Below are positions 27,136-35,762 of a DNA stretch of 43,408 nucleotides, piece after piece. The position numbers and the translations under genes were made by a program. The stretch covers positions 1 to 43,408 of the IMG/VR virus record IMGVR_UViG_3300048861_000250; one strand, written 5' to 3'. The DNA is from a virus (Duplodnaviria; Caudoviricetes). The notes beneath the pieces were generated by a model. That model saw only the letters and a list, made by a program, of their open reading frames with translations, was not told where the DNA came from and made no database searches. Numbering within the stretch: the stretch's first letter is position 1; each line of letters opens with the position of its first letter.

Positions 27136-27204
27136 ATGAGCATCAAGCTCACCATCGCGATCCGGTTCGGCAAGTGGAGATTCGCGGTCTCCATCGGCCG
27201 GTAA
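27136..27204 (+). CDS. 22-aa cationic peptide MSIKLTIAIRFGKWRFAVSIGR
   Basis: SD GGAG 7 nt upstream, G/C at the third position of nearly every codon, alternating hydrophobic pattern, hairpin after the stop. Confidence 0.6.
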   Translation: MSIKLTIAIRFGKWRFAVSIGR

Positions 27205-27277
27205 CCGGAGGGCGGTTCGGGGTCCACACCCGGACCGCCTTCCAGGCAAAGATACCGCAGACCGAGGGATCGAGCAA

Positions 27278-27532
27278 ATGACCCCCGACGACCTGACCAC
27301 TCTCCGCAAGGCGCTGCACCTGACCCAGGCCGACATGGCCGAGCGCATTGGCATGAGCCGCCGCGCCTATCTCGACCTCGAGGCCGGCAAGGCCGAGCTG
27401 CGGCCTGTCCATGTCGCTGCCGTCGAGCGCGTCGCCCTCGCGGTCGCGGTCGAGCGCGGCGAGCCGATGCTGGCCCCGGCCTCGATCCGCAAGGATGCGC
27501 TGGCCCTAGCCCGCCTGATCACTGAAGGCTGA
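27278..27532 (+). CDS. XRE-family helix-turn-helix protein
   Basis: LRKALHLTQADMAERIGMSRRAYLDLEAG; SD GAGGGA. Confidence 0.9.
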   Translation: MTPDDLTTLRKALHLTQADMAERIGMSRRAYLDLEAGKAELRPVHVAAVERVALAVAVERGEPMLAPASIRKDALALARLITEG

Positions 27533-27571
27533 AACGAGAAAGGCCGGCCCCAGGTTTCCCCGGGGCCGGCC
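27531..27571. terminator. Hairpin terminator, probably bidirectional (tR'-like on the minus strand)
   Basis: ggccggcccc (27542-27551) / ggggccggcc (27562-27571); the minus strand continues tttctcgttt. Confidence 0.65.
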
Positions 27572-27601
27572 CTCTATCTGGTGGGTTTTCACCCTACATG
27601 C

Positions 27602-27635
27602 ATCTAGTCAAGGTTTTTGCGTATTGTCAATACGC
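27602..27635 (-). promoter_or_regulatory. Putative late promoter (PR'-like)
   Basis: TTGACA (27630-27625), 17 bp, CTAGAT (27607-27602); the -35 lies inside palindrome gcgtattg-t-caatacgc. Confidence 0.55.
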
Positions 27636-28234
27636 CGTTCCCAAGGGCGCGGAATCGCTGATGGTCCGGTGACCAGATAGGACGAGAGGCCGTTGCGCCG
27701 CAGCGAATCAGCAAGGTCGGAAAGCGCCTGATGCCAGAACTCATACTTGGTCCGGGCGAACTCGATCTCGCGCCAGTCGGGCCCGTCCCAGGTGATGACG
27801 CAGGCGATCGGGTTGCGGTTGTGGTCGCGCAGCATGCGATAGCCCGTCCGCCCCATCACCGGCCGCGCCCTCGGCTCTTTCCCGACCAGAGGGTCGGGCA
27901 CCAGGCCGGACCGACCGAAGTCCAGCAGGCAGCCGGTGCGCCATCCGGCCAGGCGCAGCACCGCGCTATGGACCTCATCCGCGTCGGGATGCACCGGCGA
28001 CCCCAGGTTCATGAAGCTGTCGACGCGGATGCCGAGCGCCCCGACCTGTTCCACCCGGGCGACGCCGGTCGCACCATAGCCCTGCGACGACACCGGGCCG
28101 TCGGCAAGGTCCACTTTCTGGACCTGATAGGCCCACTCGACCAGATCGGCGATGTCGATCGGCTGGCGCCGATCAACCTTCAATGGAAGGTTGGATAGTT
28201 CGGATAGTTTTTGAGGAAGATTTATATACGCCAT
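27608..28234 (-). CDS. Putative late-gene regulator (Q-like antiterminator/activator)
   Basis: IDIADLVEWAY..VHPDADEVH..WHQALSDL; last early gene before the promoter-terminator pair and cos. Start uncertain. Confidence 0.55.
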   Translation of the reverse strand: MAYINLPQKLSELSNLPLKVDRRQPIDIADLVEWAYQVQKVDLADGPVSSQGYGATGVARVEQVGALGIRVDSFMNLGSPVHPDADEVHSAVLRLAGWRTGCLLDFGRSGLVPDPLVGKEPRARPVMGRTGYRMLRDHNRNPIACVITWDGPDWREIEFARTKYEFWHQALSDLADSLRRNGLSSYLVTGPSAIPRPWERRIDNTQKP

Positions 28235-28445
28235 GAGTGGCCACCTTCGTTCATATGCATTGGTGCCGAAAACCGTCCGAACTGTCCGAACCCTCCGAAC
28301 CCTTTGATCCGGCTGCGCTATTTTCCCGGAGAGTTGCGGAGGGTCGGAGGGTTCGCCGCACCGCACCACAACTTCCGATTGCGCTACCGATCGTCGTGCT
28401 CGTCATCGGTGTGGCCGTGCTTGCCCGAACCCTCCAAACTGTCCG
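28184..28445. repeat. Iteron-like ~9-bp repeat array, putative replication origin
   Basis: About 11-12 copies of AACYNTCC(G/A) in both orientations, e.g. aaccgtccg-aactgtccg-aaccctccg (28271-28297), cggatagtt (28201), cggagagtt/cggagggtt (28327-28353), around an AT-rich patch. Confidence 0.7.
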
Positions 28446-30048
28446 GATGGTCGATCGCGTCCCAGGCTTCCTTGGTCAGCCCGATCCCGAGATAGCTGGT
28501 CGTGCCCGACGTGTTCTTCTTCAACCCCAGGTCGACGCAGCGGCGGCCGAACCCGGTCTGTTTCCAGGGCGTCACGGCGTTGCGCCGGCACCAGGCGACA
28601 TAGCCGCGATACAGGTCGGTGGCGTTGATGAAGGATGGCGGGTCCTTGAAGGTCCAGGCCCGGATGAACTGGCCGACCGGGTCACTCTCGGACCGGTATT
28701 CGTCGATCGCGGCGCGCACCGCCTTGGGCACCGTCAGGCCCTTCTCTCGCCAGAGCCTGTAGCCGTCCAGCAGCCAGTTGAGGATGCCGGGCCCCTCGCC
28801 CTTCAGCTTCTCCGGTAGCAGCCGGTCGATCTGGTCGTCATCGAACGTGACCGTGAAGGGCAGCATGATGATGCGCCGCCAGATGCCATGGTCCTGGCCG
28901 CGGATGGTCGGTTTCTGGTTGCAGGCGATGGTGACCTTGAACGTCGGGTCATACTCGAACAGGTCGCGGAACAGATGCCGCGCCAGGATGCGTTCGCCGC
29001 CGGTGATGGTCTTGATCACCGTCTCGGACAGGCGGTCGCCGGCGGCCGGCTCGGACGCGATCGCCAGCCGCACGCCCGGCAATCGGGCAAGGTCGGGGGT
29101 GGCGTCGCCGCCGCCCCGCGTGCCGGTGTCGAGGAAGGTCGCGATCGACACCGTGGCGGCATAGTCGCCCATCACTTTGCTGATCGTCTCGATCAGGGTC
29201 GACTTCCCGTTCGATCCGCCGCCATGGCAGATCAGGATGCATTGCTCGCGGGTGTCGCCGGTCAGGCAGTAGCCGAACCACGTCTGGACGAAGGCGCGAA
29301 CCTCCGGATCGGGGAAGATGCTGGCGACGAAGGCCAGCCAGTGCGGCGCCTGCGCGTCGGGGTCGAAGCGGGTCGGCGCCAGGCGCGATATCAGGTCGTC
29401 CTGCCGGAAGGCCCGATGCTCGATCTCGACCGTCCCGTCCTCCGCCGGCGCGTCGCCGAGGTCGATCGCCGCCTCGGCCGTGTTGAGAATCCAGGGCTGG
29501 GCGTCGATCTCGCGGGCGTGACGCAGCAGGAACGGCACCGCCTGTTTCAGCATGGCGTCGGTGCGCGCCGCATTGCCGGAGCTGGTGGCGAGGGATGCAT
29601 GCGCCTGCACCATCTTGGCCCGGATCGGATCGGGCTTCTCGAGACCCTGGCGGTTGTCCTTCCTGGTCGCCCAGATGCGGATCACCGCCGCCTCTTCCCG
29701 GATGCGCTTCGCGGTCCAGTAGCAGCGCAGCCGTACCAGCTCTTCCCCGCCCTCGCGCTGCCACCGGCGGCCGTCCCAGACGTGCCACCCGATGTTGCCG
29801 ACATACATCAGGTCGGAGCCGAACCGCGCCTTCAGTCGCTCGGCATTGCCGAGGTCGTTGCGGTCCCAGAAGGCGAGTTTGAGCGGGTCGCACGACGTCT
29901 CGCCGGGCCGCAGCGGTTCGAACTCGATGTCGTCGCCATCATCGACGCCCTCTTCCCCGGTCGGCCCTTCCCAGGCCGAGGCCCCGGCCATTGCCTGGCG
30001 CACCGCATCGGCGCCCGGGGCCGGGTTCTTGTCCGTTCCCTCGATCAC
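28384..30048 (-). CDS. P4/D5-like SF3 helicase (primase-associated)
   Basis: NDLGNAERL, GWHVWDGRRW (D5_N-like), Walker A GGGSNGKST, IKTITGGE, DHGIWRRI. Confidence 0.92.
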   Translation of the reverse strand: MIEGTDKNPAPGADAVRQAMAGASAWEGPTGEEGVDDGDDIEFEPLRPGETSCDPLKLAFWDRNDLGNAERLKARFGSDLMYVGNIGWHVWDGRRWQREGGEELVRLRCYWTAKRIREEAAVIRIWATRKDNRQGLEKPDPIRAKMVQAHASLATSSGNAARTDAMLKQAVPFLLRHAREIDAQPWILNTAEAAIDLGDAPAEDGTVEIEHRAFRQDDLISRLAPTRFDPDAQAPHWLAFVASIFPDPEVRAFVQTWFGYCLTGDTREQCILICHGGGSNGKSTLIETISKVMGDYAATVSIATFLDTGTRGGGDATPDLARLPGVRLAIASEPAAGDRLSETVIKTITGGERILARHLFRDLFEYDPTFKVTIACNQKPTIRGQDHGIWRRIIMLPFTVTFDDDQIDRLLPEKLKGEGPGILNWLLDGYRLWREKGLTVPKAVRAAIDEYRSESDPVGQFIRAWTFKDPPSFINATDLYRGYVAWCRRNAVTPWKQTGFGRRCVDLGLKKNTSGTTSYLGIGLTKEAWDAIDHPDSLEGSGKHGHTDDEHDDR

Positions 30049-30260
30049 AGCAGGTTCCCCTGTTTCTCAGGCTTGGGCGCCGGACCCGGCGTCACCGCCG
30101 GCGGCGTGGTCTTGGCTGGGCGGTGCTGCGCGCAATACCAGCGGCCGAGCCGCGGTTCGGGCCGGGCCAACAGGTCGCAGTCGAAGCCGAAGCACGCATA
30201 GGCGTTGCAGACGCGGCACCGGAAGACGATCGGGCCCGACGGGGCCGGAGCATCGCTCAT
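30045..30260 (-). CDS. Small Zn-finger-like protein (71 aa)
   Basis: CRVC..ACFG..WYCAQH; ATGA-coupled on both sides; ends KQGNLL. Confidence 0.7.
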   Translation of the reverse strand: MSDAPAPSGPIVFRCRVCNAYACFGFDCDLLARPEPRLGRWYCAQHRPAKTTPPAVTPGPAPKPEKQGNLL

Positions 30261-32149
30261 TCGGCGGCCTGGACGGCAGCGGCCGGCGCCTGGCCGAGGT
30301 TCGCCAGCACGAACGCCCTCGGCTCGACCGGCGACACGCTGTTGCCGCACATCCGGCCCTGCGCCTCGCCCGACAGCGGCTTGCCGTTGACCTCCGGGTC
30401 GATGATGTAGCTTTCCCGGAAGCCCTGCGCCCGGAACCGCTCGCGCGGCGTCAGCATGCGCATGCCGATGTCGACGATCTGGAACGGCTCGCCATGGATC
30501 ATCACCAGGCCGAACCGCGGCTTCGACGTGTCGGTGTGCAACGGGTCGCGGCAGTCCTGGCCGTGCTCGGCGGCGCCGTAGTATTTCGCGATGAAGGCCC
30601 GCACCTCCCCGACATGATTGCCGCGCGCGCACAGCGTCGGCACCTGCCCGTCTATCGCCCCCATGCGGCGGTCGCTGCCCTTCAGGTTGACCAGGCCGGC
30701 CGAGACGACGGCTTGGTTGCAGCCCTTGCTGGTGACGGTCGACACCGGCTCGCGGGCATCATGCCCGACCATGTCGGTGTTGTGTTGGGCGAGGAAGGCC
30801 GCGACCAGATTCGTCTTGCCGATCCCCGTGTCGGTCGCCGCCGGCTCATCCGCCGTCTGGCCGACCGATCGCGTGAACTGCCGGTCCATGTAGACGCAGG
30901 CCAGCCGACCGCCGTTCCCGCCTGGGACGACGGTCGGCATGGGACCCTCGACCGTCAGGGCGCGCGGCTCCTGCCCTTCCCGCTCGCCGTAGCTCGGCAC
31001 CAGGTAGGGCGCCACGATGCCGATCGGCGCAGCGCCGCCGGGCCGCTTGATGAAGCTGTTCGCCGTCACCGTGCACAGCGGGTCGCCCATGACCTGCCCG
31101 GTTGCCCCCGTCCGAAACTTCGTGACGAACGGCGTCACCAGCGCGTGCTCGCCCCGGTTCGCCGTCGTGATGGTGCGCAGCGGGTCGTCGATCGGATGCA
31201 CCCGGGCGTCGCCGCCATGGGTGATCGGTACGATGAAGGGGTTCGGGTGGTTCACGACGTAGCGCATCACGCCCTTGGCGATGCGGGCCATTGTGTTGGG
31301 CTTCAGCGGCCGGTTCGCGCGGATGCCATAGCGCGCCTTGATCTCCGCCGACGTCTCGAAAATCGACGGGCACGGCAGGTCCCAGTCTATGCAATCGGCG
31401 GCCGTGCGCCAGCGCTGCAGGCTGCCGGTGGCGACCGCCTCGGACGCAGGGTCGCCATGGGTTGCGTCCGGCCACACGATCGGCAGGCCGTCGTTGCGGG
31501 CGATGACGAACAAACGCTTGCGGATGGTCGGCGCCCCGGCGTTGCAGGCCCGGCGTTCGCGCCACTCGATCCGATAGCCCCGCTTGCGGATTTCGCCGAC
31601 CCATTTCCGGAACGTCACGCCCTTGCGGGCCGGATCGCGCACCAGGGACCCGTCGTCGCGGGCGATCAGCGGCCCCCAGTCCTGATATTCCTCGACGTTC
31701 TCCAGCATGATGATGCGTGGGGGCCAGCGGTCGATCCAGCTCACCACCACCCATCCCAGGTCGCGCCTGCCGCGCGAGACGGGCACGCCGCCCTTGGCCT
31801 TGCTATGGTCCGTGCAGTCAGGCGAGAACCACGCCAGCCCCAGCGGACGGCCGCCCCAGTCGCGGCGCAGCTGCGCCGGATCCACTTGCCAGATGTTCTG
31901 GCAAAGGTGCTGCGTCGCCGGGTGGTTCGCCTTGTGCATCGCGACCGCTTCCGGGTCGTGATTGATGGCGATGTCGACATGCCGGGCCGTCGGCATCAGC
32001 CCGGCCTCATACAGCTCCCGCATCCCCCATTCGATGCCTTCGGAGGCGCCGCCGCCGCCGGCGAAGTTGTCGACGATCACCTCGTCCGGGTGCAGCCAGT
32101 TGCCGCCGATGCCGAAATGCGGTCGCGGCGGTTCCGATAGAGCCAGCAT
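30257..32149 (-). CDS. C5-cytosine DNA methyltransferase
   Basis: Motif I FAGGGG, IV SPDC, VI ENV, VIII TIRKRLF, IX RMLTPRE, X GNSV; start coupled (TAATG) to the primase stop. Confidence 0.93.
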   Translation of the reverse strand: MLALSEPPRPHFGIGGNWLHPDEVIVDNFAGGGGASEGIEWGMRELYEAGLMPTARHVDIAINHDPEAVAMHKANHPATQHLCQNIWQVDPAQLRRDWGGRPLGLAWFSPDCTDHSKAKGGVPVSRGRRDLGWVVVSWIDRWPPRIIMLENVEEYQDWGPLIARDDGSLVRDPARKGVTFRKWVGEIRKRGYRIEWRERRACNAGAPTIRKRLFVIARNDGLPIVWPDATHGDPASEAVATGSLQRWRTAADCIDWDLPCPSIFETSAEIKARYGIRANRPLKPNTMARIAKGVMRYVVNHPNPFIVPITHGGDARVHPIDDPLRTITTANRGEHALVTPFVTKFRTGATGQVMGDPLCTVTANSFIKRPGGAAPIGIVAPYLVPSYGEREGQEPRALTVEGPMPTVVPGGNGGRLACVYMDRQFTRSVGQTADEPAATDTGIGKTNLVAAFLAQHNTDMVGHDAREPVSTVTSKGCNQAVVSAGLVNLKGSDRRMGAIDGQVPTLCARGNHVGEVRAFIAKYYGAAEHGQDCRDPLHTDTSKPRFGLVMIHGEPFQIVDIGMRMLTPRERFRAQGFRESYIIDPEVNGKPLSGEAQGRMCGNSVSPVEPRAFVLANLGQAPAAAVQAAE

Positions 32150-33312
32150 TACGCGGCGCCCCTCATCAGATCGTTGAAATCCAGGCCTTCGGGCGGGCGC
32201 GCGCGCTCGACGCGGCGGCCCTCGGCGGCGTATCGGCGCGATGCCCGTTCCATCAGCATCGCGTTCACATGCGGGTCGCTGTCCGCGTCCTCGAGCAGGA
32301 TCACGGTCGACGCCATCGGCAGCGGCGGCAGGATCAGCCCTGGCCGGTCCAGGTCGGGCACCGGCGCCGGCAGCAGCATCGGCCGGCGGTTCGCCGCGAC
32401 CTTGGTCGGGTGGCCTGGCTTCCGCCCCTTGCCGGCGCCGGCGACGTTGCCGAGGCTGCCGGCCGCCCAGCAGGATATGCCCGTGGCGATCTGCACCGAC
32501 CCGGACGATTCGATCCCCTCGCCAATCCCCATCCGATCTGCCGTCGGGCCGAGGCGGATCGCGCAGCCCCAGGCCGACCCGCGCATCTTCTTCACGGCCA
32601 GCAGCTCGCCGGTGTCGGGGTCGACGATCTCGGCCTTGCCCCTGCCGTCCTGCGCCAGATAGGTCAGGTGCACCGCCCGCACGCGGCCGTCGGCCGCCTG
32701 CATGCCGGCCACCATCACCGGCCAGCGGCCGAGCGACACCGGCTTGTCGGCATCGCGCCGATGAATCCAGTAGTGAAGCCGGGCATAGCGCAGCGTCGGG
32801 GGGATGCGCCCGTGGACCCAGGCGCCGAGGCCGCGGTGCAGCAGATAGGCCTCGACCGGCGTCCCGCGCGGGTCGCGCGTCTCCTGCCACAGCTTGCGGG
32901 CGCGGGCGATCGCCTCTTGATCCTCGCGCGCCAGGCCGTCGGCGTCGGGCCGGTCGACCGGCGGCAGCGCGGGCGGCAGCTCCGCCCGCACGCCGGGCTT
33001 GCCGAACCCCTCCGGCATCGGCAGGCCAACGGCCGTCGCCAGGGCTTCCATGACCTCGACGAAGCCCATGCGGTGCCGCGTCATCAGGTAGCCGGCGGCA
33101 CTGCCGTGCGCACCGCACCCGAAGCAATGGTAGAACTGTTTCCCCTCATTGACCGTGAAGCTGGGCGACCGCTCCTGATGGAAGGGGCAGAGGCCGACAT
33201 GGTCGCGGCCCTTGCGGACGAGATTGACGTCCCGGCCGATCAGGTCGACCAGCCGCACCCGCGCCAGGACGTCCTCGACGAAGGCCTTCGGCAGCCGCAC
33301 GGGGATGGTCAT
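32149..33312 (-). CDS. DNA primase: CHC2 zinc finger + Toprim-like domain
   Basis: CPFHQERSPSF..YHCFGCG; GEGIES and EDADSD acidic Toprim motifs. Confidence 0.88.
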   Translation of the reverse strand: MTIPVRLPKAFVEDVLARVRLVDLIGRDVNLVRKGRDHVGLCPFHQERSPSFTVNEGKQFYHCFGCGAHGSAAGYLMTRHRMGFVEVMEALATAVGLPMPEGFGKPGVRAELPPALPPVDRPDADGLAREDQEAIARARKLWQETRDPRGTPVEAYLLHRGLGAWVHGRIPPTLRYARLHYWIHRRDADKPVSLGRWPVMVAGMQAADGRVRAVHLTYLAQDGRGKAEIVDPDTGELLAVKKMRGSAWGCAIRLGPTADRMGIGEGIESSGSVQIATGISCWAAGSLGNVAGAGKGRKPGHPTKVAANRRPMLLPAPVPDLDRPGLILPPLPMASTVILLEDADSDPHVNAMLMERASRRYAAEGRRVERARPPEGLDFNDLMRGAA

Positions 33313-33833
33313 GCTGCGACCCCTCCGAACAGGAACCGGGGCGTGAAGCCGATCGGCGTATCAGGGGGCGGCATCCGGTCCGGCAACTGCTGAAAGCACG
33401 GCTTGCCGTCTTTCGCTGCGCCGATCAGAGACCACCCAGCCTTGATGAAGCAGCGGCCAACCTGTCTGCCACTGGCCGTTCCGTTCCGGATCTTTTGTGG
33501 ATCGACAAAGGTGATGATCCCCTGATCCGGCGGCACTCCGAAAACGCAGCGCGTCGCAGCCACGGCCTGCAAAATAAGGTCGGACGAAAGGGCGATCCCC
33601 TCGTTTCGGAACATTGCACAAGACCAGGCGCCCGGCCATTCGTGCCGGACATACTCAGCGAAGGGCCACGACGTCACCCACACGGCGCGCCTCTTCCCTT
33701 GCTGCGCAAAAAGGACGAGGCACCGGCCGGGCTGAACGAACTGCGGCGTCCCAGGCTTCTGGCGGCTGTAGTGGTCGTCCGCAAGAGCAACGGCCTTGGG
33801 GTCACCCCGATGCGACATGCGCCACAGCATCAT
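33309..33833 (-). CDS. Mom-like (GNAT-fold) putative DNA modification protein
   Basis: HYSRQ, FRNEG..SSDLI..A, ITFVD..GRCFIKAGW..G pattern resembles the Mom/XF1762 families; coupled to the MTase and primase. Confidence 0.55.
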   Translation of the reverse strand: MMLWRMSHRGDPKAVALADDHYSRQKPGTPQFVQPGRCLVLFAQQGKRRAVWVTSWPFAEYVRHEWPGAWSCAMFRNEGIALSSDLILQAVAATRCVFGVPPDQGIITFVDPQKIRNGTASGRQVGRCFIKAGWSLIGAAKDGKPCFQQLPDRMPPPDTPIGFTPRFLFGGVAA

Positions 33834-35128
33834 GACGCCATCTCGACGAAGAGCGGGGCGTCGCCGCTGATCCGGCGTTCGGCCATGTCGGCATAGCCTG
33901 GGTTCAGCTCGCACAAGATCGCGTCGCGGCCGAGCCGATCGGCAACAAGGCCGGTGGTGCCCGATCCGCCGAAGGGGTCGAGCACTGTTCCGCCGGCCGG
34001 GCAACCGGCGCGGATCAGCGGCGCGATCAGGTTCGGGGGGAAGGTCGCGAAATGCGCCTCGGAAAACGGCCGCGTCGGCACGTCGATCGCGATCGGCTGG
34101 CCGTCGGCATCGCAGATCAGGCCGTGCGGCGCCGTAAGGCTGTCGAAGAATAGGTCGGTGTTGCGGAAGGACCGCAACCCGCGCTCGACGCCGTCCAGCG
34201 ACTGGTGATTGGTCTCATACTGACTATGCCGGGCCGTCGTGCCGCGCACCTTGGCGTCCCAGCGGTCGTTGAAGCCGGCGTGGCGCTGGCCGTGGCCGGC
34301 CTGTTTGTCGCGCCGATCGGCCTCCGGCAGCGCGTCGCCGAGGGTGTGGCGCCCGTGGGTGCTGCGGCCACGAACCGCCTTCATCGGCCGGTCGGCACGG
34401 GTTGCGCCGTTTGCCCGGGCGCTGCCGTCCTGGCCCTCGACGTCCTGCGCCAGGCGGGGCAGCGACGTGGCCGCCATGCCCCGCATGACAGCCTCGGCAT
34501 CCCAGAAGTAGCGTTCCGATTTCGAGAACAGGAACACCCACTCCAGCGCCGATGACGGGCGATCCTTGGTCGACTCCGGCATTGGGTTCCGCTTGACCCA
34601 CGGCAGCGCGGCGCGGACCCACCAGCCATCGGCCTGCATGGCGATCGCGAAGCGCTGCGGCACCAGGCACAGGTCTTTCGGCTTCAGATAGCCGCCAGCG
34701 GCGACCCGGCCGCCATGGGCCCCGGCCGTCGATCCCTTGTTCTCGCTGGCACCGACACGGGCAGTCTTCTCATAGTCCGGCACGTAGACCGGGCCGATGG
34801 TCGAGAACGGCTTGTCGCGGAAGGTGCGGTCGTCGGTGCCCAGCGCCTTGACGTCACCGGCGGAGCGGCCGTTCGGGGTGGCGGCATAGCAGTCGCCATA
34901 GTTCACCCACACGACACCGTCGGGCCGCAGTACGCGGCGGACCTCGCGGAAGAGGTCGACCATCACCTCGATATGCTCGCCGAGCGTCGGTTCCATGCCG
35001 AGCTGGCCGTCCACCCCATAGTCCCGAAGGCCCCAATAGGGCGGCGACGTGCACACGCAATGCACCGAACCATCGGCGATCGTCTTCAGCGTCTCGCGGC
35101 AATTGCCGCGCAGGATCCGCACGGCCAT
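33830..35128 (-). CDS. N4-C/N6-A DNA methyltransferase, beta class
   Basis: TSPPYWGLRDY catalytic motif precedes HFATFP and DPFGGSGTT (SAM binding). Confidence 0.93.
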   Translation of the reverse strand: MAVRILRGNCRETLKTIADGSVHCVCTSPPYWGLRDYGVDGQLGMEPTLGEHIEVMVDLFREVRRVLRPDGVVWVNYGDCYAATPNGRSAGDVKALGTDDRTFRDKPFSTIGPVYVPDYEKTARVGASENKGSTAGAHGGRVAAGGYLKPKDLCLVPQRFAIAMQADGWWVRAALPWVKRNPMPESTKDRPSSALEWVFLFSKSERYFWDAEAVMRGMAATSLPRLAQDVEGQDGSARANGATRADRPMKAVRGRSTHGRHTLGDALPEADRRDKQAGHGQRHAGFNDRWDAKVRGTTARHSQYETNHQSLDGVERGLRSFRNTDLFFDSLTAPHGLICDADGQPIAIDVPTRPFSEAHFATFPPNLIAPLIRAGCPAGGTVLDPFGGSGTTGLVADRLGRDAILCELNPGYADMAERRISGDAPLFVEMAS

Positions 35129-35130
35129 TC

Positions 35131-35325
35131 CTACCCCCGATTCCGCGCTTGCCAGCGGCGCTTGCGCTTGGCGTGGCCGAGGCGCCGCCGGGCGGCCAGC
35201 CGGGCGTCCCGGTCGAGGGCGCGCCGGCGCTTCTCGTCCTCGGCCTGCAGCCGTTCGTTCTCGGCCATGCAGCCGCCGAAGATCCGGCACAGCTGCGCGT
35301 CGCCGCAGCGGGCGCAGCCGGTCAT
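35131..35325 (-). CDS. Small Cys-rich basic hypothetical protein
   Basis: CARC..C..C then an Arg-rich helix; ATGA-coupled. Confidence 0.5.
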   Translation of the reverse strand: MTGCARCGDAQLCRIFGGCMAENERLQAEDEKRRRALDRDARLAARRRLGHAKRKRRWQARNRG

Positions 35326-35762
35326 GACAGCGAGCTCGCCCAGGCCTCGGCCCCCGGCGCCGGCGCCACGCGGGTAAAGACGCGGTCACGCGGCTGATAG
35401 TCTTCGTACTGCGCCAGGGTGCCGTCGGGCCGGCGAAAGCGCTCGCGCCATTCCTCTTCGGTCATGAGCTGGCGCGGCATCCGGTCGCCGTTATGGGCCG
35501 GCGGCACCGTCGCCTCGCTGGTCGGCAGGGCATAGGAGCGCTTGTGCTTCGGGCCCTCGCACACCAGCAGGCCCAAATCTTCCAGGCCGGTCAGCACCGC
35601 GCGCAGGGTCGGGCAGTCGACCTTGTGGCCATGCTCGCGAACGGCCGCCTGCAGCGTGTCATAGTTCGGGGTGGTGCCGCCGGCCCGGGCGGCGACCGTG
35701 ATGCAGTCGAGCACGATGGTGGCGAGCACCGCGCGCCGGGTGTTGCTGATGCCGACCATCAC
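35322..35762 (-). CDS. Winged-helix-like DNA-binding protein
   Basis: GTTPNYDTLQ..TLRAVLTGLEDLGLL..RSY resembles a LexA-type wHTH. Confidence 0.55.
   Translation of the reverse strand: MMVGISNTRRAVLATIVLDCITVAARAGGTTPNYDTLQAAVREHGHKVDCPTLRAVLTGLEDLGLLVCEGPKHKRSYALPTSEATVPPAHNGDRMPRQLMTEEEWRERFRRPDGTLAQYEDYQPRDRVFTRVAPAPGAEAWASSLS

Noticed and set aside
28184-28445. CRISPR or mini-array
   Set aside because: Units are ~9 bp, degenerate, in both orientations and without spacers; no cas genes.
29792-32140. 782-aa plus-strand ORF
   Set aside because: Shadow of the C5 methyltransferase.
32150-33127. N-terminal extension making a 956-aa MTase
   Set aside because: Off-frame overlap with the primase; the coupled ATG at 32149 precedes motif I. 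The same logic was applied to ORF-track extensions at 12041, 12481, 17581, 18303, 24672, 30632, 34004, 35389, 36731, 40060 and 41654.
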